Part shown: piece by piece, positions 10,055 through 18,828 of the stretch
How the letters are laid out: the number at the start of each line of letters is the position of its first letter
How positions within the stretch are numbered: position 1 is the stretch's first letter
Source: an archaeon GW2011_AR15
GTDB taxonomy: Archaea > Nanobdellota > Nanobdellia > Woesearchaeales > GW2011-AR15
Direction of reading: 5' to 3'
NCBI GenBank assembly: GCA_000830295.1
Contig: CP010425.1
Location: forward strand, 806,884 to 870,883
Length of the DNA stretch: 64,000 bases
The notes under the pieces: generated by a model
Told to the model about the DNA's origin: nothing
Database searches by the model: none
Seen by the model: only the letters and a program-made list of their open reading frames with translations
Made by a program: the position numbers and the translations under genes

Positions 10055-11263
10055 CTATAGCAGCTTGCTGATTTTGATTAGCTTTTTCTGCAGGGGAGTC
10101 ATTTTCTCTATTTCCCTGTGGAATATGAGGTTCCAGCCAAGGTTGTCGCAGCAATACAGGCAGCCGTTGCCGGTCTGTGTCGTGTTTCCTATGTTGTTGA
10201 AATATGGGTCCTTTACGTCATAGTCAATTGTATGTTTCCTGAAAGTGCATTGTTTTTTTCCTGACCAGATTTTCTTTATACTTTTTTCATAAATATTCCC
10301 TACTGGTATTCTTCCGGACTTAAGGCAGGAATTCACTTCCCCGGTTGCCAGTATTCTCAAAAAGTTGAAGCCGGCATAGCATGGGATTTTTCCTATTATG
10401 CTCTTGTCATATATTCCTTTTTCTGTCTCTCCTTCAAGCCTCCTTAGGAATTGCTCAGGCTGCTTGAATATTATTTTGTGGCCATATTGCTTTTCCCAGG
10501 CATGTATTTTTGGCCGGATATTCCTCATTTTCCCAGCCAGCAAATTCCTCTGTTCCTCATTGAGCATAAGACTGTCTGTCATTCCAGGAACAATATCTGT
10601 AGGGGTGAATTCAACAGCATCTGCCCTTACTTTAAATGCAAGCTCAACCATGTTTTCGAAGTCATAATAGTTCTCTGTGGAAATTACATGATACAGAGTT
10701 AGCTTTGGCTTGTCTGTCCTGTATTTTTTCTTCAGAAAATGCAGGTAATTCAGCGTATCCACAATCCTGTGAAATGTCTTTTCTGTCTGGTTTGGGTGGG
10801 TTCTTGAATATGCTTCAGGAGAGCCTGCCCAGAGACTGCAGTTCATATGGTCTATTTTTGCTTTTACTATTCTCCTGGCTTTCTCTTTTGTTATCAGCGT
10901 CATGTTGTTGCTCATGTCCACATTCATGCCTTTCTTCTTTACATATTCCATAATATCAACAGCATTTGGGTGCATAAAAGGCTCTCCTCCGCCTGTGAAA
11001 TAAATCTCCCTTGTGTTCATGTCAGCCAGGTCATCAACTAGTTTCTTTACAAGCCTGTAGGGAAGCTCTTTTTTCCTCGTCTCCTTATCCATAGTCTCAA
11101 ATCCGACAAGAGGAGAAAAGGACCAGCAGGAAATGCAGTCATTGTTGCAGTGGTTGGTAAGGTCAAGGTGCACAGAATAAGGCCCGGTGATTGGCTTTTT
11201 CTCAAGTATTCCTGCTATTATCCTGTATTTCTGGGCTTTATCCTTCAGGCTGTAGAATGGCAT
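10055..11263 (-). CDS. Radical SAM/SPASM-domain protein (paralog family member 1)
   Basis: CxxxCxxC cluster HLDLTNHCNNDCISCWSFSPL, a GGEPFMHP motif, and C-terminal auxiliary-cluster cysteines PCYAGFNFLRILATGEVNSC...GCLYCCDNLG (Cx13Gx4C ... CxxCC). Confidence 0.75.
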   Translation of the reverse strand: MPFYSLKDKAQKYRIIAGILEKKPITGPYSVHLDLTNHCNNDCISCWSFSPLVGFETMDKETRKKELPYRLVKKLVDDLADMNTREIYFTGGGEPFMHPNAVDIMEYVKKKGMNVDMSNNMTLITKEKARRIVKAKIDHMNCSLWAGSPEAYSRTHPNQTEKTFHRIVDTLNYLHFLKKKYRTDKPKLTLYHVISTENYYDFENMVELAFKVRADAVEFTPTDIVPGMTDSLMLNEEQRNLLAGKMRNIRPKIHAWEKQYGHKIIFKQPEQFLRRLEGETEKGIYDKSIIGKIPCYAGFNFLRILATGEVNSCLKSGRIPVGNIYEKSIKKIWSGKKQCTFRKHTIDYDVKDPYFNNIGNTTQTGNGCLYCCDNLGWNLIFHREIEKMTPLQKKLIKISKLL

Positions 11264-11291
11264 ATATTACATAAATAATACTCAAGTATTA

Positions 11292-12143
11292 TTATGCTTT
11301 TTGCAAAGACTTCAGGTAAAAACCGATATCATAAAACTCATTATAAAAAAAGCCAGGGAGAGTTACTATGCTTAAGCCCAGCTTTAGGCTCATGAGTTCC
11401 TTAAACAGAAAAACAAGAGTAATATAAGGGTTATATACCAAGAGACGCATCATCACTCCGGCAAAGCTGTCCGGAAGAGGATAGCCATGGAAGGTCCACT
11501 TTCTTGCGGCTCTTATCACGCTGGAAAAAGTATCCTCTTTTAGATGATAGCAGGCTGCATCAGGCTCATAAACAATATCAAATCCGCTTTTCTTCAGCCG
11601 TCTTGAGACATCAACATCTTCGTAATTTGTAGTGTATTTCTCATCATATCCCCCAATTTTTCTAAGAGCGGAGATTCTGAAAACAGTATTGGCTCCAAAA
11701 AGGAAATTCGGGTTAGTTATCTTTTGGTTTCCCCAGTTTTGCTTTAAATGAAAAGAGCGCCATTTGTCTGCCAATGCTTTCTTATTCTTTTCTATAAGTT
11801 TTCCGCCAACCCCGGCTACCCCCTTTTTATCAAAATCCTTCATAATTTCTTTCAGCCAGCCTTTTTCAAGAACACAGTCAGAATCAACAGCAGCAATAAG
11901 TTCTGTCATACAGTTTCTCAGCGCAAGGTTTCTTGCAGCAGCAAGATTTTGCCGTCCTAAGTTGAGAACCCTGACTTTGAATTTTTTCGCAATCTTGACT
12001 GTATTGTCAGCTGAATTGTTATCCACTACCAGGATATTCTTCGGGGATATTTCCTGCTTCAATATGCTTTCTATGCATTTTCCTATTGTCTTTTCAGAAT
12101 TCAGGGCAGGGAGGTAGAACGTGATGCTAAATGTTGTATTCAT
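11292..12143 (-). CDS. GT2-family glycosyltransferase
   Basis: N-terminal GT-A motifs (ITFYLPALNSEKTIGKCIESIL, LVVDNNSADNT, DSDCVLEKGW with a DxD). 4-nt overlap with downstream asnB. Confidence 0.7.
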   Translation of the reverse strand: MNTTFSITFYLPALNSEKTIGKCIESILKQEISPKNILVVDNNSADNTVKIAKKFKVRVLNLGRQNLAAARNLALRNCMTELIAAVDSDCVLEKGWLKEIMKDFDKKGVAGVGGKLIEKNKKALADKWRSFHLKQNWGNQKITNPNFLFGANTVFRISALRKIGGYDEKYTTNYEDVDVSRRLKKSGFDIVYEPDAACYHLKEDTFSSVIRAARKWTFHGYPLPDSFAGVMMRLLVYNPYITLVFLFKELMSLKLGLSIVTLPGFFYNEFYDIGFYLKSLQKA

Positions 12144-13996
12144 CTTGGCTTTTCTCCCTCGATAAATATCTTATGCCAGAGTATAAAATTTGTCACAGAC
12201 CAGAGCTGCCTTGAGTAATATAAACTTGTAAGCCTGTTGAAACTCAGCAGCCTGCCTGAGAGCATCCTGTCGCTTGAGAGCAGCCTGTCAACATAGCTTT
12301 TTTTGAAGAACCTGTCTACGATATCTTTTTTCTCGTCCAGGATATTTCTTGCATACTCGCCGAAATCCTGCTTGTACCATGTGTCTGTCGGGACCATAAA
12401 GCGCATTTTTTTCTTTTTGATTGTGCTCTTAGGCAGGAAGTCTTTCATGGCCTGCCTTATAATGTATTTTTCAGTCATGAGATTTATCTTATATTGTTCA
12501 GGGAGAGAAGCAGAGAATTCAGCAAGAGTATGGTCACAGAATGGGACACGGCCTTCAATAGAGTTTGCCATTGTCACCTTGTCATATTTCAGGAGCATAT
12601 CATCAGGCAGATATGTTTTCATATCGTGATATATCATCTTGTTAACAAGACCCTCCTGGCCTCTGAAATTTTTTCTTATCATCCCAAGCGATGACTCTTT
12701 CACATTATCCTTCAGCAGCACCTTTTTTTCGTCCTTGCTGAAAACAGAGCTGATGTTCAGGAAAGCTGCCGCATCATCAGATTCAAGAAAATCTTTTGTT
12801 TTCATGAAAAAAGGCTCTCTTGGCAGGAGATTAAGGCTAAGGCCGCCCGCTTGTTTAATGAACCTTGGAATTTTTTTCATTGCTTTCATTATCCTGTACT
12901 GCTCATACCCTGCAAAAATCTCATCTGCACCGTCACCATTAAGGAGAACCCTGATATCCTTTGAAGCTTTCTCCGCAAGCACATAATTTGATATCACGAT
13001 AGGGTCTGCAAGCGGCTCATCCATATGCCATGTTATTTTAGGAAGAAGACTTATGTAGCTAGAATCTATTGTGCACTCATGATGCTCTGTCCCGAATTTT
13101 TCAGCTATAACCCTGGCATCTTCAAACTCATTTTTTAAGCCATCTTCAAAGCCGAGAGTGTAGGTATCTATTTTTTCATCAGTATTCTTTCTCATCATTG
13201 CAACAATTGAGCTGGAATCTATGCCTCCAGAAAGCAAGGCTCCCACAGGAACATCGCTTATCATCCTGTATTTTACCGATTGTTCAAATAACTGCAGGAA
13301 TTGCTTCTTGTAATATTCCAGGGACTTGTTTCCGGGAGAAAAAGTCACATCCCAGTATTTTTTGATAGAGATGCCTCTTGAATTATAAACAAGATAATGG
13401 CCCGGGTTTAGCTTGTAGATCTCTTTCAGCATTGTCTCCTCGCCTGAGCAATATCTGAAGCTGAAGTAGCCGTCAAGAAGATTCTCATTCAGTTTCCTGT
13501 CTATTTCCTTGTGCTCCAGTATCGCCTTTATTTCAGAGGCAAAGATGAATTTTGAACCATCGTGGAAGTAATAGAGCGGCTTTATCCCGAGTCTGTCACG
13601 GGCAATAAAAAGTTCTTTTTTTTCTGTGTCATACAGCGCAAACGCAAACATGCCGTTGAAATAATTCAGGCATTCTTTCCCATATTCTTCATAGCTGTGC
13701 ACAATAACTTCAGTGTCAGTATCTGTGTAGAATCTGTGGCCTTTTTTTTCAAGCTTCTCCCTCAAATCTGAAGCGTTGTATATCTCCCCGTTAAAGAACA
13801 GGACAATGCTATGGTCTTCATTGAATATCGGCTGGTTTCCTCCCTTGATGTCTATGATGCTTAACCGGGTGTAGCCCAATGTAAACTTTTCGTCAGAATA
13901 AGTGTCAGCATGGTCTGGCCCCCTATGATTGAGAATTTTTGCCATTGCGGCAGCTAGCTTCCTATCGCTGAAATTAAAACCGAATATCCCGCACAT
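12140..13996 (-). CDS. asnB: Asparagine synthetase (glutamine-hydrolysing) family amidotransferase
   Basis: MCGIFGF with Cys2 nucleophile (class II glutamine amidotransferase), PP-loop SGGIDSS, 618 aa. Confidence 0.8.
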   Translation of the reverse strand: MCGIFGFNFSDRKLAAAMAKILNHRGPDHADTYSDEKFTLGYTRLSIIDIKGGNQPIFNEDHSIVLFFNGEIYNASDLREKLEKKGHRFYTDTDTEVIVHSYEEYGKECLNYFNGMFAFALYDTEKKELFIARDRLGIKPLYYFHDGSKFIFASEIKAILEHKEIDRKLNENLLDGYFSFRYCSGEETMLKEIYKLNPGHYLVYNSRGISIKKYWDVTFSPGNKSLEYYKKQFLQLFEQSVKYRMISDVPVGALLSGGIDSSSIVAMMRKNTDEKIDTYTLGFEDGLKNEFEDARVIAEKFGTEHHECTIDSSYISLLPKITWHMDEPLADPIVISNYVLAEKASKDIRVLLNGDGADEIFAGYEQYRIMKAMKKIPRFIKQAGGLSLNLLPREPFFMKTKDFLESDDAAAFLNISSVFSKDEKKVLLKDNVKESSLGMIRKNFRGQEGLVNKMIYHDMKTYLPDDMLLKYDKVTMANSIEGRVPFCDHTLAEFSASLPEQYKINLMTEKYIIRQAMKDFLPKSTIKKKKMRFMVPTDTWYKQDFGEYARNILDEKKDIVDRFFKKSYVDRLLSSDRMLSGRLLSFNRLTSLYYSRQLWSVTNFILWHKIFIEGEKPR

Positions 13997-14036
13997 TTAA
14001 AGAATAATTGTAATCAAGATATAAATAAGTTACTCC

Positions 14037-15251
14037 TCAGAGCATTCTGGCTAATTTTACAAGTTTTCTCTTCACAGGCCCCAGTTTCTGAAGCCCGCCA
14101 TGGGTCGCAAGATTCAGGCCGAGATTATCACAGCATAATAAGCAGCCGTTTTCCTCACGCTGCCACATATTCCCGATGTTTCTGAAATAAGGGTCTTTCA
14201 CATCATAGTCAATCGTGTGCTTCCTGAAAGTGCACTGCCTGCTCCCCATCCATATTTCTTTTATGCTTTTTTCATAGATGTTGCCTATTGGTATCCTGAT
14301 TGATTTAAGACATGAGTTGACATTACCGTCTCCAAGTATCCTCAGGAAAGTCCAGCCGGCATAGCATGGGATTGTGCCTATAATTGACTGGTCATACACA
14401 CCCTTTTCAGTGTTTCCCTGCAGCCTCCTGAGAAACTGGTCATAGTTCCTGAATTCAATCTTATGGTTATATTTCCTCTCCCAGTAATGGAATTTCGGCC
14501 AGATGTTCCTCACTTTGTCAGCCAGCCATTCCCTCTGCTCCTTGTTCAGCATAAGCACATCAGTTTTTCCGGGGACAATATCTGTGGGAGTGAAGTCTAT
14601 TCCAGTAACCTTTACTCTGAATGCAAATTCCACCATGTTTTCGAAATCATCGTAATTGAGGGTTGAAATTACATCGTAGATGAACAAAGTCGGTTTGTTT
14701 GTCCTGTATTTCTGCTTAAGCTTATAGAAGTGCTTGAACATGTGCTCTACCCTGTAGAATGCCTCTTTTGTCTTGTTTGGGTGGACCCTGTCATATGCCT
14801 CAGGAGAGCCTGCCCAGACACTGCAGTTCATGTTGTCAACTCCTGCTTTTACAAGCCTCTCAGCCTTTTTTTCGTTTACAAGAGTGAAGTTATTGCTCAT
14901 GTCGCACCTTATGCCTTTTTTCTTCACGTATTCCATTATTTCCACAGCATTGGGATGCATGAAAGGCTCTCCGCCACCTGTAAAGTAGATATCCCTTACA
15001 CCCAGGTCGTCAAGGTCGTCTATTAGTTTTTTCACAAGGGGATAAGGAAGAAACTTCTTTTTTGTCTCAGGCGTCATGGCAATCTCTCCCAGCAGAGGGG
15101 AATGGCACCAGCATCCTACGCAGTCGCTGTTGCAGCTGTTTGTTATGTCAATCTGCACAGTAAGCGGGCCGGTGTAAATTTTCCTGTCAAGTATGCCTGC
15201 GGCTATCTTTGCTTTCTGTACATTGTCCTTTAATCTATTCATCAATTGCAT
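14037..15251 (-). CDS. Radical SAM/SPASM-domain protein (paralog family member 2)
   Basis: QIDITNSCNSDCVGCWCHSPL CxxxCxxC. Clear full-length similarity to the 10055-11263 product (N-terminus ...KDNVQKAKIAAGILDRK vs ...KDKAQKYRIIAGILEKK). C-terminal CLLCCDNLG. Confidence 0.75.
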   Translation of the reverse strand: MQLMNRLKDNVQKAKIAAGILDRKIYTGPLTVQIDITNSCNSDCVGCWCHSPLLGEIAMTPETKKKFLPYPLVKKLIDDLDDLGVRDIYFTGGGEPFMHPNAVEIMEYVKKKGIRCDMSNNFTLVNEKKAERLVKAGVDNMNCSVWAGSPEAYDRVHPNKTKEAFYRVEHMFKHFYKLKQKYRTNKPTLFIYDVISTLNYDDFENMVEFAFRVKVTGIDFTPTDIVPGKTDVLMLNKEQREWLADKVRNIWPKFHYWERKYNHKIEFRNYDQFLRRLQGNTEKGVYDQSIIGTIPCYAGWTFLRILGDGNVNSCLKSIRIPIGNIYEKSIKEIWMGSRQCTFRKHTIDYDVKDPYFRNIGNMWQREENGCLLCCDNLGLNLATHGGLQKLGPVKRKLVKLARML

Positions 15252-16653
15252 TTTGCTTTAACCTGATGTCTGTCTCTATGTTCATTCCGACATTGTCACA
15301 GCTCCTGTGGCAGTTGATAACCTTAAAGTAAGGATGGCCCTTTTTTTCAGTCTTGGCCAAAAACCTGAATTCGTTGTATTTGTTTGAATACCATATATCT
15401 TTAAAGCTTTTTTCATGGAGATTTCCCAAAGGCATCTTGTGGCCTTTGCAGCATGGCAGCACATCCCCGTTTGGAAGTATCCTTGTGAATGTCCAGCCGA
15501 TATAGCACGGCATCCTGTCCACGATGTTAATATCATACTTCTGCTTTTTATTGTCTTTTATGCTGCTTATTCTCCTGTAGAGGCTGCCGAAGCCAAGAAT
15601 CCTTAAAAAGCTCAGCTTGAATGGGTTTTCAGTTGAGTAGCAAATGCTTTTCCTGTCGCAGCCTATGCACATGCCCTGGGAGAAGGCAAAGTCCAGTGAC
15701 GTTTTTGTTACGTTCCTTGCAGAGCTAAAATAGTCCTTAGGGCACCGTATTTTTTTGCTGTTCTCTTCCACTCTAAACCCTTCCGGTAATGTATTCCTGT
15801 AAAACCTGCCGAACTCAATGAACTCATCATTATGCTCATTTCCGAAAGTAAAGTAATTCTCTTTTTTCTTTAATTTCCTGAACTGCTCAACCATGCTCTC
15901 CATATGCTGTTCGCTCAGCTTCAGGCTGTCTGATTTTCCCTTCACTATATCCGCAACCTGGAACTCAATAAACTCAACCTGCGTATCAAGCGCAAAATTT
16001 ATCATTTCCTCAAGCTCATGGTAGTTCTTATTGGAAATTACATTGTATATCTTAACCACTGGCAGGCCGCTATGTTCTTTTTTTAGAGAAGCAAGATGGA
16101 GAAGGTTTTCCCTTATTCTTTCAAAGGTTTTTTCTGTCTGGTTTGGATGCGTTTTTACGTAGGTTTCTGCTGTCCCTGCCCACAGGCTTAATGTAATCCT
16201 GTCAACGCCAATCTCTGCAAATTCTTTCAGGATTTCTTTTGATACAAGCGTGAAGTTGGTTATCAGATGGAGAACAAGGCCTTTCTCCTTAATTGCCCTG
16301 ACAATTTCCATGAAATATGGATACATCATAGGATCCCCGCTTCCTGAAAGCTGTATTTCTCTTGTCCCGTTTTCAGCAGCCTGCTCAATAAGAGTCAGGA
16401 CAGTATCCTTCGGAAGGTGCTTCATCTTCCATTCTCCCCTGAACTTCAGCTTACCCATAAGCTCGGAATGGCACCAGCATCCTACACAGTTCAGGTTGCA
16501 GTTGTTTGTCAGGTCGAGCTGTATAATCTGGGGGAAAGAAAAGGCTTTATTTCCTGCCTCAATCCCCTTTATAATATCTCCTGAGAAATCAGTGAAAATG
16601 CTCTGGGGATAAGGATCATAGTGCCTTACAACCTCCTGAGTATCCTGTTCCAT
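15235..16653 (-). CDS. Radical SAM/SPASM-domain protein (paralog family member 3, with an extra Cys insert)
   Basis: QLDLTNNCNLNCVGCWCHSEL. An additional CIGCDRKSIC cluster. C-terminal MPCYIGWTFTRILPNGDVLPCC...CHRSCDNVG. Confidence 0.7.
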   Translation of the reverse strand: MEQDTQEVVRHYDPYPQSIFTDFSGDIIKGIEAGNKAFSFPQIIQLDLTNNCNLNCVGCWCHSELMGKLKFRGEWKMKHLPKDTVLTLIEQAAENGTREIQLSGSGDPMMYPYFMEIVRAIKEKGLVLHLITNFTLVSKEILKEFAEIGVDRITLSLWAGTAETYVKTHPNQTEKTFERIRENLLHLASLKKEHSGLPVVKIYNVISNKNYHELEEMINFALDTQVEFIEFQVADIVKGKSDSLKLSEQHMESMVEQFRKLKKKENYFTFGNEHNDEFIEFGRFYRNTLPEGFRVEENSKKIRCPKDYFSSARNVTKTSLDFAFSQGMCIGCDRKSICYSTENPFKLSFLRILGFGSLYRRISSIKDNKKQKYDINIVDRMPCYIGWTFTRILPNGDVLPCCKGHKMPLGNLHEKSFKDIWYSNKYNEFRFLAKTEKKGHPYFKVINCHRSCDNVGMNIETDIRLKQNAIDE

Positions 16654-16699
16654 ATAGTCCCCCTCAGCAGAATAATCTCCACAATTAAAAAGATTTGGC

Positions 16700-18808
16700 T
16701 TATTCTATATATAGGCCGATAGTGCTTATTATTTTGCCGAACCCAAGCTTCTGGTTTTCAAAGTCATCTATTTTTACCCATACTCTGCCAGATCTCAGAA
16801 TCTGGTGGTTTATGCTGAACCTGTATACAATCCACTTCTGATGCCCTGATATGGTAACTCCGCCGATATTGAACCATTCCCTATTATCATAGCTGAGGAA
16901 TATCTTTATTGGCCCGGATTTCGCCTGCCCGAAAGAGTTGTCCCAGATTTTTATTTTCAGCACAAGGTCAATTTTCTTTTCAAAACAAGTCCCGGGAGTC
17001 TTTAGCACGATGCCGGCCCACCCGAGGAATGCCCTTGCATTTTCCCCGTGCATTATATTATCTTTTCCGCCGTAGCACATGCTTTCTGCCGGAGTTTTTA
17101 TTACCCATGAGCCCAACGGCTCGTGGCTAAGCTCGCTTTTTCTAATGCCAAGATGGACAGTATCAACAGTTTTTCTTTCTTCAATAAACCTTTTGATTTT
17201 GCTGTAGATCGGATTCTGTCTTTCTGGTTTTGCCAGTAGGGGCTGGGGAGCCTGCGCTGCTGCTTCCACTGTCTTTTCCGGCATTTGTGTTGGCTCTTCT
17301 TTTTCTCCGGACAGGATGCTTTCAGGGTTGGGATGGTATAATGTTCCGTCAATATCAGCAATCTGCTTCTTGAAAAAGTCAAATTTTTCCTCAAATGACG
17401 GCTCGCTGCCGCCCCCTTCCAATGCCAGCATGGTCGCTTCCTTGGCTTCCTTGAGGTTGGTCTCAAGCATTGGGATGTCAAGCTCTTTTAGCAGGGCCAG
17501 CATCCTTTTTGTCCTGTCCTTCCTGACCTCATATGTGTTTTCCCCGTTGTCAGAAACCCAGTGTATGTGCCTGAAGGCTTCATCCAGTATCTTTATGCCG
17601 AATTCCTCGCGCTTCTCATAGACATCTGTATCGTCTATAAGGTGAAGCATGTTCACGGATTTGACTGCTGTGAGGTATTTCCTGTTCTTTCTTATGAAAT
17701 CCAGAGTCATCTGGAACTCTTCCTCTCCCTCTCCCGGATAGCCAATCATGGTGAAAATGAAGATAGGGATGCCCACTTCATGGGTTCTCTTTAATGTCCC
17801 CTCTATTATTTCTCTTGTGTATGGTTTCCTCATGTTCCTCAGCACTTTGTCTGAGCCGGATTCAACGCCATATTCAATCTTGTAGCACCCTGATTTCTTC
17901 ATTTTTGTAAGGAGCTCTGTCGTCATCCTGTTGGAAGGTATTGCCTGGCCGAACCATTTTATTTTTAGATTTTTCTGGAGTATGAGGTCGCAGACCTTTT
18001 CGAGCTTCTTTATATCCCCATTGAAAGTCGGGTCAGTTACAGTGAACTTTGTAATCCCGTTATTCCTGACATGGTATTCAATCTCTCCCACAATGTTCTC
18101 CGGCTCCCTGTACCTGTAGCCCTCCCACAGTCCTTTTATCTTGCAGAAAGCGCAGTTGGCAGTGCATCCTCTTGACCATTCAAGAGTGAGGGATTGCGTT
18201 GTATATTGTGTTAAGTCAAATCCCCTGTAGGTCGGGAAGGGGAATTCATCAACATCTTCTTTGTGGGGCCGCGGCGAATAGCTGGAATATTTTCCGTTCT
18301 TGTGAGTGATCAACCCGGGTATGTTTTCAAGGGGCTTTCCTTTTTTGCATGCATCAAGAATATCGAGGAGGGTATCTTCCCCTTCATTTACAACATAGGC
18401 ATCCACAAGATTAGGAAGCCTCTCCACAAATATCTTCCTTGAATCTTCGGTTGAGCAGGCAGGCCCGCCGAGGAGTATTATTTTTTCCGGAATCTTCTCT
18501 TTTATCCTCTTGATAAGCTCGATAGTTATCCTTTCCTTTGGGTCAACCACAGAAAAACCGACGATTGTTGCATTGCTGTCAAGAATCCTTCTGGCTGCGT
18601 AATCAATCAGCTGGTTGATGTGCTGTTTAAGTATGTCAAAAGTATAGTCGTTCCTCCAGAAATTTTTGTTCTCGAAATGCCAGAGGTATTTCAGGGAATC
18701 ATCTGTGTTGTTATGGACATAAATATTGAAGTCAAATACCTCAACCCTGATTCCCTTTGATTCCAGGAAAGTAGACAGGTAGGCAATTCCTGTAGGAGGG
18801 TTGTCCAC
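16700..18808 (-). CDS. Cobalamin-binding (class B) radical SAM protein with a ~230-aa C-terminal extension
   Basis: N-terminal B12-binding-like Rossmann region, then SRGCTANCAFCKIKGLWEGYRYR (CxxxCxxC). 702 aa. The C-terminal ~230 aa (…WVKIDDFENQKLGFGKIISTIGLYIE) has no recognised family. Confidence 0.75.
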   Translation of the reverse strand: MDNPPTGIAYLSTFLESKGIRVEVFDFNIYVHNNTDDSLKYLWHFENKNFWRNDYTFDILKQHINQLIDYAARRILDSNATIVGFSVVDPKERITIELIKRIKEKIPEKIILLGGPACSTEDSRKIFVERLPNLVDAYVVNEGEDTLLDILDACKKGKPLENIPGLITHKNGKYSSYSPRPHKEDVDEFPFPTYRGFDLTQYTTQSLTLEWSRGCTANCAFCKIKGLWEGYRYREPENIVGEIEYHVRNNGITKFTVTDPTFNGDIKKLEKVCDLILQKNLKIKWFGQAIPSNRMTTELLTKMKKSGCYKIEYGVESGSDKVLRNMRKPYTREIIEGTLKRTHEVGIPIFIFTMIGYPGEGEEEFQMTLDFIRKNRKYLTAVKSVNMLHLIDDTDVYEKREEFGIKILDEAFRHIHWVSDNGENTYEVRKDRTKRMLALLKELDIPMLETNLKEAKEATMLALEGGGSEPSFEEKFDFFKKQIADIDGTLYHPNPESILSGEKEEPTQMPEKTVEAAAQAPQPLLAKPERQNPIYSKIKRFIEERKTVDTVHLGIRKSELSHEPLGSWVIKTPAESMCYGGKDNIMHGENARAFLGWAGIVLKTPGTCFEKKIDLVLKIKIWDNSFGQAKSGPIKIFLSYDNREWFNIGGVTISGHQKWIVYRFSINHQILRSGRVWVKIDDFENQKLGFGKIISTIGLYIE

Positions 18809-18828
18809 ACCCCATGGAGGCGGGTTTA

